This document shows positions 1 to 10,315 of a DNA stretch of 64,000 nucleotides, one piece after another. Numbering within the stretch: position 1 is the first letter of the stretch; each line of letters opens with the position of its first letter. A program made the translations under genes and the position numbers. The notes beneath the pieces are model-generated. The model was not told the origin of the DNA and searched no databases. It saw only the letters and a list, made by a program, of their open reading frames with translations. Origin of the DNA: Octopus vulgaris (lineage: Eukaryota); contig OX597814.1 of the NCBI GenBank assembly GCA_951406725.2, positions 81,654,001 to 81,718,000 on the forward strand, read 5' to 3'.

Positions 1-34
1 TTGTGAAATACCCGCAAATATAGACCACCACATC

Positions 35-1774
35 ATGAAAAAGATCAACAACCTGATTTCAACACACCACAACTCACTTACGGATAATGAAAAAGACTAC
101 ATCACCAATTTTGAACCAAAACCCAGCAACTTCTACGGCTTACCAAAAATACACAAATCAAAAAACATTCAACAGGCAGTAAAAGAACAAGAAAGTGAGT
201 ACATAAAATTATTACATCCAAAAGACCTAAAACTTAGACCTATTATAGCTGGTCCAGCATGCCCTACACACCGTCTAAGCAATTTTATTGACATTGTTTT
301 GAAACCACTATGTACTTACATACCAAGTTTCATCAGGGATGACATCGACTTCCTGTCCCATCTTCCCAAAACAACAGAAACAAATTCAGTTTTACTAAGT
401 TTTGATGTGGTAAGCCTCTACACCAATATTCCACACGATTTAGGAATAAAGGCGATTAAATACTGGTTAGAAAAACATAGAGAAGTGATTCCCAGCAGAT
501 TCACAGTGCCATTTATATTAGACACAGTCAAACTTATTCTAGAAAATAACACATTCTTCTTCAATGGAAAGAATTACATCCAAATTAGAGGCACGGCGAT
601 GGGAACGAGGTTTGCTCCCGTTTACGCCAACTCTGTAATGGGATACTTAGAAGAACAACTCTACCAAGAGGTGGAGGTAAACTATGGCACTGGATTTAGA
701 AAGTATATTGAAAAGGCATGGAAGAGATACCTAGACGACTGTTTCATAATCTGGACAGAATCTCTAAATACTCTGGAAGAGTTCAATATCCTCCTGAACA
801 ACCTACACCCATCTCTCAAATTTACAAAGGAGATGAGTAGTACCAAATTACCATTCCTGGATATAATGGTAATTAAAAAAGACACCACCATCACCACAGA
901 TATATACTATAAACACACAGACACACATCAATACCTAAATTTTAAGTCGTGCCATCCACCACATACAAAACGTAACATCCCATACTGCCTAGCCAGAAGA
1001 ATTTGTACTATTGTAGAAGATGCAAATATCAGGAACAAACGCCTAATAGAACTAAGAAAATTTTTGCTCAAACAAAAATACCCATCTCTACTTATAGAAA
1101 ATGGCATACAGCGGGCTATAAAAATACCTATACAACAACTTAGGACAACCCAAGGAAGAGGAAAACAAGAACAAGTCATACCATTCATAGTGACACACAA
1201 CCCATGTCACCAGAATATCTTCAACATTGCCAAAGCAAACCTACCAATCATTGCCCAAAGTAATGAATTAAAAGACATAATCAAGGATCGAGCTATGGTG
1301 CTTAGTAAAAGACAGCCTAAAAACTTGAAAACATTACTAACAAAGGCAAAATTTGACCTCAGCAACAAAGACCAAACATTCACGGTATCTAAATGCAATG
1401 ATAGCCGATGTGGCACATGCCAATTCATACATACCGGTCAATATATAAACACAAAAACCGGGAAAATATTCACAAACGCGAATATGAACTGCAAAAGCAG
1501 AAATTTAATTTACTGCATCAAATGCCCAAATTGTGAAGAAATATATGTAGGTCAGACGGGAAACGCACTATTAGAACGCTCACGTGTACACCGGCAACAG
1601 ATTAGAGACCCAGAGGTCCGTCAGATACCTTTGAGTAACCACCTAGCAACATGTGGTCGGAAAATATATATAATATTTCCATTCTACAAATTACACAGCC
1701 CAAGTGAAATCGAGAGGAAAATCAGAGAAAAGAATTTTATTGATAAATTCGAACCCAAGCTAAATAAGCAATAA
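35..1774 (+). CDS. Penelope-like reverse transcriptase with C-terminal GIY-YIG endonuclease (frame is open back to the window start, so likely 5'-partial)
   Basis: PLE RT motifs FYGLPKIHK, LRPII, SFDVVSLYTNI, GTAMGTRFAP, RYLDD, LPFLD; Cys linker CNDSRCGTC; GIY-YIG NLIYCIKC..CEEIYVGQT, R..H and terminal PKLN. A Cys-rich linker is typical of the Neptune clade. Confidence 0.95.
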   Translation: MKKINNLISTHHNSLTDNEKDYITNFEPKPSNFYGLPKIHKSKNIQQAVKEQESEYIKLLHPKDLKLRPIIAGPACPTHRLSNFIDIVLKPLCTYIPSFIRDDIDFLSHLPKTTETNSVLLSFDVVSLYTNIPHDLGIKAIKYWLEKHREVIPSRFTVPFILDTVKLILENNTFFFNGKNYIQIRGTAMGTRFAPVYANSVMGYLEEQLYQEVEVNYGTGFRKYIEKAWKRYLDDCFIIWTESLNTLEEFNILLNNLHPSLKFTKEMSSTKLPFLDIMVIKKDTTITTDIYYKHTDTHQYLNFKSCHPPHTKRNIPYCLARRICTIVEDANIRNKRLIELRKFLLKQKYPSLLIENGIQRAIKIPIQQLRTTQGRGKQEQVIPFIVTHNPCHQNIFNIAKANLPIIAQSNELKDIIKDRAMVLSKRQPKNLKTLLTKAKFDLSNKDQTFTVSKCNDSRCGTCQFIHTGQYINTKTGKIFTNANMNCKSRNLIYCIKCPNCEEIYVGQTGNALLERSRVHRQQIRDPEVRQIPLSNHLATCGRKIYIIFPFYKLHSPSEIERKIREKNFIDKFEPKLNKQ

Positions 1775-2089
1775 TAATAATACTTAGAGGTATTACTTCC
1801 ACTGCTACGACCATGACCACTAACAACAACAACAATACTAAAGGTGATCAAGACGAAGATAGCAGGAAAATTATCTTATTTAGGGTTAAAAGTTCTATTG
1901 CCACCACCATCACCACTAGCAACAATAATTAAGGTGCTGACAATGATGATGATGACAATTGAAATATAAAAATATAAAAATCTCTGACAAAGGATATTTA
2001 CAACATTTCTAAAAATAACCCAACAATTGCTGCTTCGGCCAGGGTCAAGATACAGGACTCTTGACCTGTCCAACAAAGCGTGATGCCTA

Positions 2090-2206
2090 AACCAATCAGC
2101 TCAACCAACCAATCAGCTTAAGTAATTGAGTGATACTACACACTGATTGGTCAGAATACAGTTTGCAAAACCTAGCACTCTGGAGCCTACCCAGCTGTAT
2201 TTATAG
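2090..2206 (+). promoter_or_regulatory. Putative Pol II promoter in the PLE pLTR (CCAAT boxes + TATA-like)
   Basis: AACCAATCAGC twice (about 2090 and 2107), inverted CTGATTGG at 2143-2150, TATTTATA at 2198-2205, about 65 nt upstream of the hammerhead motif. Confidence 0.5.
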
Positions 2207-2268
2207 CACAGAATCACTCATCTTGCTACAGTCAAAAATTGTGAAGCATGACTGTCAACACTACTACA

Positions 2269-2313
2269 TGAACCCGAAGATTGCAGAATTCAATGCATGA
2301 AAGTACTAGTTCA
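2269..2313 (+). ncRNA. Minimal type I hammerhead ribozyme motif (U4C core variant)
   Basis: Stem I TGAAC/GTTCA; core CCGAAGA; stem II TGCA..TGCA; GAAA; palindromic stem III A-GTAC-T; cleavage after TA. Minimal hammerheads are known from PLE pLTRs. Confidence 0.75.
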
Positions 2314-2442
2314 ATCAGAATGAATATTTAACATTCTACTATTTCATTTTATTTTATTCAATTATAATATATTATCTTATAATATATCATTATAAGATTG
2401 TAAATAAAACGTGAAAATCAGACAAGGTTGGAATTCTTTTTA

Positions 2443-2520
<78 letters not shown>

Positions 2521-2522
<2 letters not shown>

Positions 2523-2750
2523 CGGAGATGTACTTGCATAGCAAGTGACCTGATCTGAGATTGTGTGCTGAAACAAATACAATTTCAACATGGAAGGTGT
2601 TTATAAACCATTTAAAAACACACAAAAACCATTAGATTCACTTCAACATTTAAATTTAATTTGTTAAAATATTTTTGTTGCTTTGAGACCATGACCTGAT
2701 CATGTTTTTAAATGGCTTATAAACACCTTTCACACTGCAATTGTTTTTGC
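2521..2750. mobile_element. Short interspersed element with internal inverted repeat, flanked by (TA)n on both sides
   Basis: About 2574-2620 is an imperfect reverse complement of 2703-2749 (GGAAGGTGTTTATAAACCATTTAAAAACA vs TGTTTTTAAATGGCTTATAAACACCTTTCA). Confidence 0.5.
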
Positions 2751-4224
2751 ATATATATATATATATAAATTAAATGAATATTTTTCAAAAGAGGGAACTA
2801 TAAATATGTGACATGTATTATATAGTTTTTGTACATATATAAGTCTATTGCTTTCTTTATTCATATTGGAGGAAACTAGCATGGCTCTATGTTGGGAGCG
2901 GGGAGTACCATGGACTAATTGGCATTGGCAATCTTTGCACACATGGTGGACACTTCCAAGTATATCTATGTGTTGTTTATTTTCCTAGCTTATGAGTATT
3001 GTATGTTAAAGAAGGATAGAATTAATAGCTAAACTTTATGTATTTGTAAACAGAACTGTACAAATATATGCAATTTTAGTATTTGCTGCCTAAGTATCTC
3101 ATTCTATTATATATGTAGAGATTTTAATTACTCCTTTCTTCAATGCCTTATTTTTTTACATACATACACATATAGAAAAAGTTTATTATTTACTCAACAT
3201 TCTATTAATCGGTTTGTGGAAACTCCACAGGTCCTGTTAATTATAAATAAACCATGGGGTTGATGTGAGTGACTCAACACTTGATGATCTGCCCCAGCCT
3301 AACCACAGTCCAATGGTTGATTGGCCAAAACAAGGAAAAGGATAAAAATAAATATAAAAAATTTACATTCTAGACTTTTCAGAATGCAAAGTTTATTTCC
3401 GTCTATTCTAAAACAGAGCCAAGATCAGCCAACCAAAACAAAATCCTTTTCCTAGTAATGTAAAATAATCTTACTGGTTAATTCTTATCAATAGCAGTTT
3501 TGTTTTATATTTCAAATTATAATGTTTAGATCTCCTTTACGGAACCCAACACTTAAATGGAATATGAATAGTAAAGTGCATACTTAGATTAAAGCAAATT
3601 TTTCCCTAACTAAACTTCAAAGGAAAGCTCTCAAGTTTATAAGTATCTCCACTTATTTCCACAAATTGAGACTTTCAATGTTCAGATCTATTTTTATTTT
3701 TTATTTTCTTCTTTTTGTTTTTTTTTACTCATTGCACCAGCTTTTGTTTTTCAGAATTTAATAAAGTTTCAGTTGTCTTGGGTTGAATCACCTGATACAA
3801 ATTACATCGTGCCATAGTTTCCAGGAATTCTGTTACTTCACTTTTCATAGAAAACAAAATTATCAAAGTAATTCATTTCCAAATGATTTTCTTAACTACA
3901 TGAAATAATTTTATGGATTTAATAATATTTAACCCTTTAGTGTTCAGATCATTCTGTCAAATGTAATGCTTATTTATTTACGTTGATTTGAATTAATCAT
4001 GCATTATCTTGCAGCTTCAAGATTACAATGATGTGATTGTTACCTTTGCCAAGGAAGGAGGTTATGTTTTGATCGGTGTTGGTTTGTCCATCTTTGTGCA
4101 AAATAACTCAAAAAGTTGTGAACAGTATTCGATGAAACTTGCAGACAAAGTTGGTAAGGACACAAAGAACAGGTGATGAAATTTTGGTAGTGATCCGTGA
4201 ATTTTTATGGATTCTTGAAGGACT

Positions 4225-4640
4225 TGTAACAGGATGGGTTATCGATTCACTGAAAGGGTGTCGATCCGATCCAGTCACATACAATTTTTGTAAGACAATA
4301 CAGACGAAGTTAGGTTGTAGGTAAAAGACAGCAGTTCGTTTATTTATTGCGATGGCGTACGTGTGTCTGATGGGAGAAGGACAGCCTCTGATGTACAGCT
4401 TCTTGTTCGTTTTGTTGAAGAGGTTCGATGGTCGTTGGCGGCTAAGTCGGTGAGTTTATCAGAGCCTGCGAAATGTACATCCGATCGCGTTGGCTGACTT
4501 GCCAGAGAGAATGATTTGAGTTTGGCGGGCCTGAGGGAACGTTTTCCCGCACATGCGCATGGGGAAGACTTCCGGTGGCCACCCGGAAGTAGTCCCATTC
4601 TGCGCATGCGCGCTGAGCCCTACACAGTAGCATCACTACA
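4225..4640 (-). repeat. 3' LTR of the Gypsy element
   Basis: Differs from 8711-9126 at 4 positions by my reading; adjacent PPT at about 4643-4653; minus-strand AATAAA near 4340-4348. Confidence 0.95.
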
Positions 4641-4776
4641 AAGGCTCCCCCTCGAGTGCGAAAGTACGACAACAAGAAAATTTGTGGTGGTGCTGCAGAA
4701 AAACAGATGGCTTGCCGATCCCCCAGAAGACTTGGTACATAATATCATACAAAACAAGAAAAATTTTAAAAGAAAG

Positions 4777-5883
4777 TTAAATGTAGATTGTCTTTGAAAG
4801 TTTCTTGGGCCAATGCACTGTTCTGCCCGATCGTGTAACATACGGTGTGCTCGGGGCACCCGTTGACGGCGAGGGTGGTGTTGTAGGAGCCGGTGAAGGC
4901 AAAGGCGTCTGTGCAGGTGAAGGTGTTTGTGCAGGTGAAGGCGGTTGTGCAGGTGAAGGTGTTGTTAAAGGTGCATAGGTGGGTGTGTCAAGGTTGTCAT
5001 CAAAAGATGGAGGCGTCTCAAAATGTGCTTTTTTTAAACGGTCCACGGAAACGGTCTCCGAGCAACCATTTATCTCAATCGTGAAAACCTTTGGTGTGCG
5101 AGAAAGCACACGGAAAGGTCCTTTATAGGGAGAAACAAGTGGGCCCTTCACAGAGTCGTCCCGAACAAAAACATGCGACCAAGTGTTCATATCCGGTGGA
5201 AGATGGGATGGTGGAGATTGCTTTCTGGGAACCATGGGTGGAAGGTTCGAAAAATATGCACGCAGTCTGGTGACATAGGTCGCCGGATCATGGGGCTGGG
5301 AAGTGTCTGGCACCAACATCATGCCAGGCAATGCCAGTGTGGTACCATACAGCAGCTCTGCAGCAGAAAACCCCAGGTCTGCCTTGACAGCAGTCCGACA
5401 GCCGAGAAGCACAATGGGCAGAAATTCAATCCAGGACTGTGGGTCTGAAGAGGCACGAAGAGCGGCCTTGAGCTGTCTATGGAACCGCTCAACTAATCCA
5501 TTAGACACTGGATGGTAGCTTGTAGTGTGGATATGGTGCATACCCAAAATTCGCGACAATTCGCGAAATAGTGAGGCTTCAAACTGACGTCCACGATCAG
5601 TTGTCAATCGGGACGGGACTCCGAAGCGAGAAATCCAGTTTGAAACAATAGCTCACGCAACAGTCTCAGCAGAAATGTCTGCTATCGGAATGGCTTCTGG
5701 CCAGCGGGAGAAGCGATCGACACAAGTTAACAGATAAGAGAACCCGCGACTCACAGGCCATGGTCCAACCAGATCGATGTGGACATGGCGAAAACGGGCC
5801 TCCGTGGGGGAAATTGTCCAAGCGGGGCACGAGCATGCCGTTGAATCTTGGACCGTTGACAATTGGAGCAGGTGCGTGTCCAA
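4777..5883 (-). pseudogene. Gypsy integrase (frameshift near 5810, in-frame TGA at 5653)
   Basis: [46 protein letters not shown] and GPF motifs split across ORFs 5653-5883 and 4777-5607; Pro-rich TPSPAQ repeat tail. Confidence 0.9.
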
Positions 5884-7529
5884 GAAGTAATAGTGCGACG
5901 CATATTCGGCCAGAAAAACCGAGCAGTGATTAGTTTAAGGATGGCAGCGATGCCAGGATGTGATAAGGAGTGCAGTGCTTCAAACACTGAGTGTTGATGG
6001 TTCTCAGGCACCAGTGGCCTGGGAGAACCAGTGGAAGTATCACAAAGAATGGTGCCTTCGGCTGACGGAAGCGGAAGGTAGGAAAACTGGCAACAGGAGA
6101 ACTTGGGAGAAGTTAAGTCTAATGACGCCAAAGGTGGCTGCTCCTGCGAGATGGCAGCTAAGTCGATAGCAGCAGGAGACGAAAGGGCGCAAACTGGAAG
6201 GCGAGAGAGAGCATCAGCAGGAACGTTCTCTTTTCCAGGTATGTGTCGAATGTTGCTAGTGAATTGAGAGATAAAATCCAGGTGCCGAAAAGCACGGGGT
6301 GAGAGTTTGTCCGTTTTTGAACACAGGGCAAACATAAGAGGCTTGTGATCCGTATAGATCACAAAATCTCGCCCTTCAAGTTGATGCTGGAAATGACGAA
6401 CCGATAGATAGATCGCTAGGAGCTCACGATCAAAGGTGCTGTATCGTCGTTCAGCTGGTTGCAGTTGATGGGAAAAGAAAGCTAGAGGTCGCATATGATC
6501 ATCCACTGTGTGTTGTTGTAACACAGCGCCAATCGCAGTGTCCGATGCGTCTACAGTCAAAGAGAGAGAAGCACCAGGAACTGGATGTGCAAGTAAAGAA
6601 ACAGAAGCCAGCTCCTTCTTAATGGAATCAAAGGCTGTCACTGCCTCAACAGAGAGGGTGACTTGACTGTCCTTTCTAGGAGAGTCCTTTAATAGCCTGG
6701 TGAGAGGTAGTAGCTTATCTGCACAACCAGGAATAAAACGTCTGTAGAAATTGATCATCCCTAGATAATGCCTGAGCTGGCGCAAGGAAGTGGGGGGTGC
6801 GATGCGTTGAATGGCATCGACTTTTGACGTTAGAGGGCTGATTCCACTCGAATCAATATGATGGCCTAGAAAATCTAGGGAAGAGCGTCCGAAAACACAC
6901 TTGTCGGGATTTATATGTATACTATAAGCGCGAAGACACTGAAAAAGCTGAGAAAGGTGCTGGAGATGATTTTCACATGTGTCGCTCGCAATGAGTATTT
7001 CATCGACATAGGCAAACACAAAATCAAGACCGCGGACAACCTCATCAATGAAACGCTGGAAAGTGCTAGTAGCATTCCGCAAACCGAAACTCATATACAA
7101 AAACTCAAAACACCCAAAGGGGGTAGTGATCGCAGTTTTCGGAACGTCAGCTGGGTTGACCGGTATTTGATGGTAAGCGCGTATAAGGTCGACCTTCGAA
7201 AAAATGGTACAATCATGGAGATTTGCCGTAAAGTCCTGGAGATTTCGGATCAGATATCGGTCGGCTATTGTTACGGCATTGAGGCGTCGATAGTCTCCAA
7301 CCGGGCGAAAATCAGACTCGCCCTTTCGCGCCAAATGAAGGGGAGATGCCCATGGGCTGGTGGAGGGGCGTATAAGGCCAAGTTGAAGCATGTGCTCAAA
7401 CTCGGCCCTGGCCGCTTTTAGTCGGTCTGGCGCAAGGCGCCGTGGGCGCGAAAATACAGGCGGCCCAGCGGTGGTGATAAAATGGAGGGTCGAGTGGGTA
7501 GGCTTTTCCGGTTTAAAGGCAATGTCCAC
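5751..7529 (-). CDS. Gypsy pol RT-RNase H and integrase zinc finger (catalytic YxDD reads YVDE)
   Basis: SPWASPLH, DYRRLN, KTAITTPFG, FGLRNA, AYVDEILIAS; RNase H DASD, ELLAI, TDHKPL; H..SHPG..C..C. Confidence 0.9.
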   Translation of the reverse strand: MDIAFKPEKPTHSTLHFITTAGPPVFSRPRRLAPDRLKAARAEFEHMLQLGLIRPSTSPWASPLHLARKGESDFRPVGDYRRLNAVTIADRYLIRNLQDFTANLHDCTIFSKVDLIRAYHQIPVNPADVPKTAITTPFGCFEFLYMSFGLRNATSTFQRFIDEVVRGLDFVFAYVDEILIASDTCENHLQHLSQLFQCLRAYSIHINPDKCVFGRSSLDFLGHHIDSSGISPLTSKVDAIQRIAPPTSLRQLRHYLGMINFYRRFIPGCADKLLPLTRLLKDSPRKDSQVTLSVEAVTAFDSIKKELASVSLLAHPVPGASLSLTVDASDTAIGAVLQQHTVDDHMRPLAFFSHQLQPAERRYSTFDRELLAIYLSVRHFQHQLEGRDFVIYTDHKPLMFALCSKTDKLSPRAFRHLDFISQFTSNIRHIPGKENVPADALSRLPVCALSSPAAIDLAAISQEQPPLASLDLTSPKFSCCQFSYLPLPSAEGTILCDTSTGSPRPLVPENHQHSVFEALHSLSHPGIAAILKLITARFFWPNMRRTITSWTRTCSNCQRSKIQRHARAPLGQFPPRRPVFAMSTSIWLDHGL

Positions 7530-8000
7530 TAGCTATGGAAATGAAACCAAAAGAGAGTGAAAAGGGTCTCCAGAGGTGGCAACAAAGAATGTCGGGCTAA
7601 GGACCGCAGTGGTGGAACTCCAAGTCGGTGTAGAGAGCGACGTCGTGCTATCAAGAAGCCTCCGACATCCACCAATAGATTAAACCTATCCAGGAAATCA
7701 GCGCCGAGAATAGGATGCGGGATGTCAGCGATGACGAAAACCCATTGAAAATCTCGACGAAGGTTGATGTCGAGGTGCAGCGAAATCTGACCGTAAGTGG
7801 TTATGGGAGATGAGTCAATAGCATGCAAGACAATTGAAGAGCGCTTGGGCTTGTCTGCAGCCAGACGAAGAGGCCAGATGCTGCAACACGAGCCGGTGTC
7901 CACCATGAAGAATTTCTTCAACACCAGATCTTTTACAAAGATGCACGATGTTTGGGAAACGAGATGGAAGAAGGTGACGTGCTCACCTCCTCCGGATTTA
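7529..8000 (-). pseudogene. Gypsy aspartic protease (frameshifted towards RT)
   Basis: FMVDTGS and ILGADFL motifs; the frame loses pol similarity after LLVDV. Confidence 0.85.
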
Positions 8001-8405
8001 GTTTTCCGAGGGCTTGAAAGTGCATGGCTGGGTACACTGATCTGCCTTTTCGGCATACTTTGAATGGTACCAGCACCAGCCGGAACGAGAAACAGAATTA
8101 CTCCGACTACGGGAAATAGAGCTACTGCGACTACGACTGCGAGGTTGGCACCCGATCGCACGGCACAGATCATCGATTCTCTGCGTAAGTGCATCGATCT
8201 TCTCGGCTAGTTGATCATTCGTCGGAGGTGTCGGAGGGGGCTCTGTACATGCGTACAGGCCCCGCGATGGAGATGGTAGCGAAAATTCAAATGTTTGTGA
8301 ATGAGGCAAACTTGATGCAGCCATGTTTTTGTCGGAAGGATCGTCTGTCAGGAAGGGGCAGAAGGTATGATTGAGAAATGGAGAGAGAACACGTGGAACC
8401 AACAA
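7998..8405 (-). CDS. Truncated Gag (RS-rich segment + CHCC nucleocapsid knuckle)
   Basis: RSRSRSSSISRSRS followed by CWYHSKYAEKADQCTQPC, the C-H-C-C motif characteristic of CsRn1-clade Gag; no capsid domain recognisable upstream. Confidence 0.75.
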   Translation of the reverse strand: MLVPRVLSPFLNHTFCPFLTDDPSDKNMAASSLPHSQTFEFSLPSPSRGLYACTEPPPTPPTNDQLAEKIDALTQRIDDLCRAIGCQPRSRSRSSSISRSRSNSVSRSGWCWYHSKYAEKADQCTQPCTFKPSEN

Positions 8406-8710
8406 AGCAAATCAAAATTGTGTTTTTGTGTACTGGTGTGTGTACCTCGTGGGTAGTAAAACAAGTGTGTGTGTGCACAAAGGGAAACAAAGTACAGAAA
8501 AGGAAAGAAAAAATAATGATGTGTGTGTGTTTTCTTTTTTTTTTTTTTCAGTGTACTGAGTGCGTGCGATGAATAAGCTTCTGTTTGTACCCACCTCGCC
8601 GTTCTGAAAGAAGAGAAAAAATGAAAAAATGAATGTTCAGTGCTCTATCTGGCAAAAACCTGTTCGCTGCGTCTTCTGTTCTTTTTTTTTTTCAACTTGG
8701 GGTCACCAAT

Positions 8711-9126
8711 TGTAACAGGATGGGTTATCGATTCACTGAAAGGGTGTCGATCCGATCCAGTCACATACAATTTTTGTAAGACAATACAGACGAAGTTAGG
8801 TTGTAGGTAAAAGACAGCAGTTCGTTTATTTATTACGATGGCGTACGTGTGTCTGATGGGAGAAGGACAGCCTCTGATGTACAGCTTCTTGTTCGTTTTG
8901 TTGAAGAGGTTCGATGGTCGTTGGCGGCTAAGTCGGTGAGTTTATCAGAGCCTGCGAAATGTACGTCCGATCGCGTTGGCTGACTTGCCAGAGAGAATGA
9001 TTTGAGTTTGGCGGGCCTGAGGGAACGTTTTCCCGCACATGCGCATGGGGAAGACTTCCGGTGGCCACCCGGAAGTAGTCCCATTCTGCGCATGCGCGCT
9101 GAACCCTACACAGTAGCATCAATACA
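8711..9126 (-). repeat. 5' LTR of the Gypsy element
   Basis: Near-identical to 4225-4640; the PBS follows at about 8699-8708. Confidence 0.95.
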
Positions 9127-9889
9127 GACTTTTCATTTGTTATATTTACTTTACATGAAGTATTACAATGTTATGTTCTTTGATTATCTCTCTTGAAAAC
9201 ACATTCATCATTTCCACTTAACCTATGGTGGTGTTGCTATTTCCAAAGTTTATTTTCGTTTCTCTATTAGTAATTTTACTCGCGCATCTATCTTAAAATG
9301 AGCTGCTTGGCGGAGGTCTGCAGAGGATGACATGACAAGCCTTGACTATTGGGATCGACTCAAAAATCTCAGGTTTTGCTCCCTCCACTGCTATTGTGAA
9401 ACTAGCTTCCTGTTGTCATAGATGTATTATAACTGCTTCAGATGATTCCTGTTTTTAAAGAGCTTTTTTTAAAATCATATGGCTGTTATTTTTTTTAAAC
9501 CCCGCCAAGGATGTTATGTTTTTGCTGGCATTGGTTTGGGAAATTGGGTGATTTTCAGCATGCATGTATATGGGTGGAAATGAGCTGCTTGGTAGAAGTC
9601 TGTGCTCTCCAAGTGCTTTTCTAGTTTATTTTTAGAATGCCATTGTAGATTAGGTATGAGAGGCCAGATATAGCCAGTTTGAACATAAAATGGGTAGAAT
9701 ATTTGGGCCAGATATGGATGCATTAAATGCTAAAGGGTTATCAGGATATCTTATCCTTTGTAATTAGACTCTTTTGCAACAGAGTTTCAAATCTCAGAAA
9801 CTATTTTACTTTGTATATATTGCTAATACATTATATTTTGTAAATTTAATATTACACTTTCAGTACACTAGCATCATTTGTTCTAACTG

Positions 9890-10315
9890 ACAGTCACAGG
9901 TTCATTGCATTTAAGACAGCAAACATAAAAATGGATGTCTTTGCAATTCCTGTAGAGCAAATACTCCAGTGCAGCTTCATATATGAAGTTTGCTTTCTTT
10001 GTCCATCTACCTGTGATCACACTACAACTCGTGTGTATCCATAGCTTATATTAGGTACTGTGCATGGAGTTTATACGTACTCCTTTTCTGCATATCAAGC
10101 AAGGTCATTTCCTTAAAGATTTTAGTATCGTATCTTCTTTCTTATTTATTAAAACCTTAGTATTTGCTAAATTTACTGTGAGGCCTCTCAAATCTAGTTT
10201 TAGCTGCCATGCTTGGAATTTCCTCTTTAATTCCTCTATAGATATTTAGCCATTAGAACTAGATCATCAGCATAAAGGAGTTCTCATAGACAGTCAGTCT
10301 TAAACTTCTTAATGA
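9890..10315 (-). pseudogene. Degraded RTE-type LINE RT fragment with PHD-like finger
   Basis: Minus-strand translation ELLYADDLVL, FQAWQLKLDLRGLTVNLANTKVL and KLWIHTSCS, with stops and frameshifts. Confidence 0.65.

Larger units (their letters stand above)
1..2445 (+). mobile_element. Penelope-like element (Neptune-type); 5' end lies outside the window, 3' end abuts (TA)n
   Basis: RT + GIY-YIG ORF followed by a ~670-bp 3' region (pLTR-like) with CCAAT/TATA motifs and a hammerhead motif, ending directly in a (TA)n tract. Confidence 0.9.
4225..9126 (-). mobile_element. Ty3/Gypsy LTR retrotransposon, CsRn1-like clade, defective
   Basis: Two 416-bp TG...CA LTRs; 4-bp TSD GACT (4221-4224 and 9127-9130); PBS TGGTGACCCC complementary to the tRNA-Trp 3' end; PPT GAGGGGGAGCC; domain order PR-RT-RH-IN; Gag CHCC knuckle. 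Confidence 0.95.
4041..9322 (+). mobile_element. Helentron-associated non-autonomous element (HINE-like), interrupted by the Gypsy element
   Basis: 5' TACCTTTGCCAAGG..GGTTATGTTTT..ATAACTCAAAAAG and 3' subterminal inverted CTTGGCGGAGG near 9307; a second short copy at about 9500-9624 ends GTGCTCTCCAAGTGCTTTTCTAG. Confidence 0.55.
3929..9740. mobile_element. TTAA/CCC-terminal (piggyBac-like) MITE split by a 5.6-kb nested insertion
   Basis: Left half 3929-4041 (TTAACCCTTTAG...) and right half about 9625-9740 (...CTAAAGGGTTA) join collinearly to match the uninterrupted copy at 48091-48319. Confidence 0.7.

Noticed and set aside
3729-3848. Short minus-strand ORF MKSEVTEFLETMARCNL...
   Set aside because: No recognisable homology or convincing splice sites.
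4344-4797. ORFs within the LTRs, and ORFs antisense to Gypsy/LINE pol
   Set aside because: Shadow frames of GC-richer TE sequence with no domain motifs.
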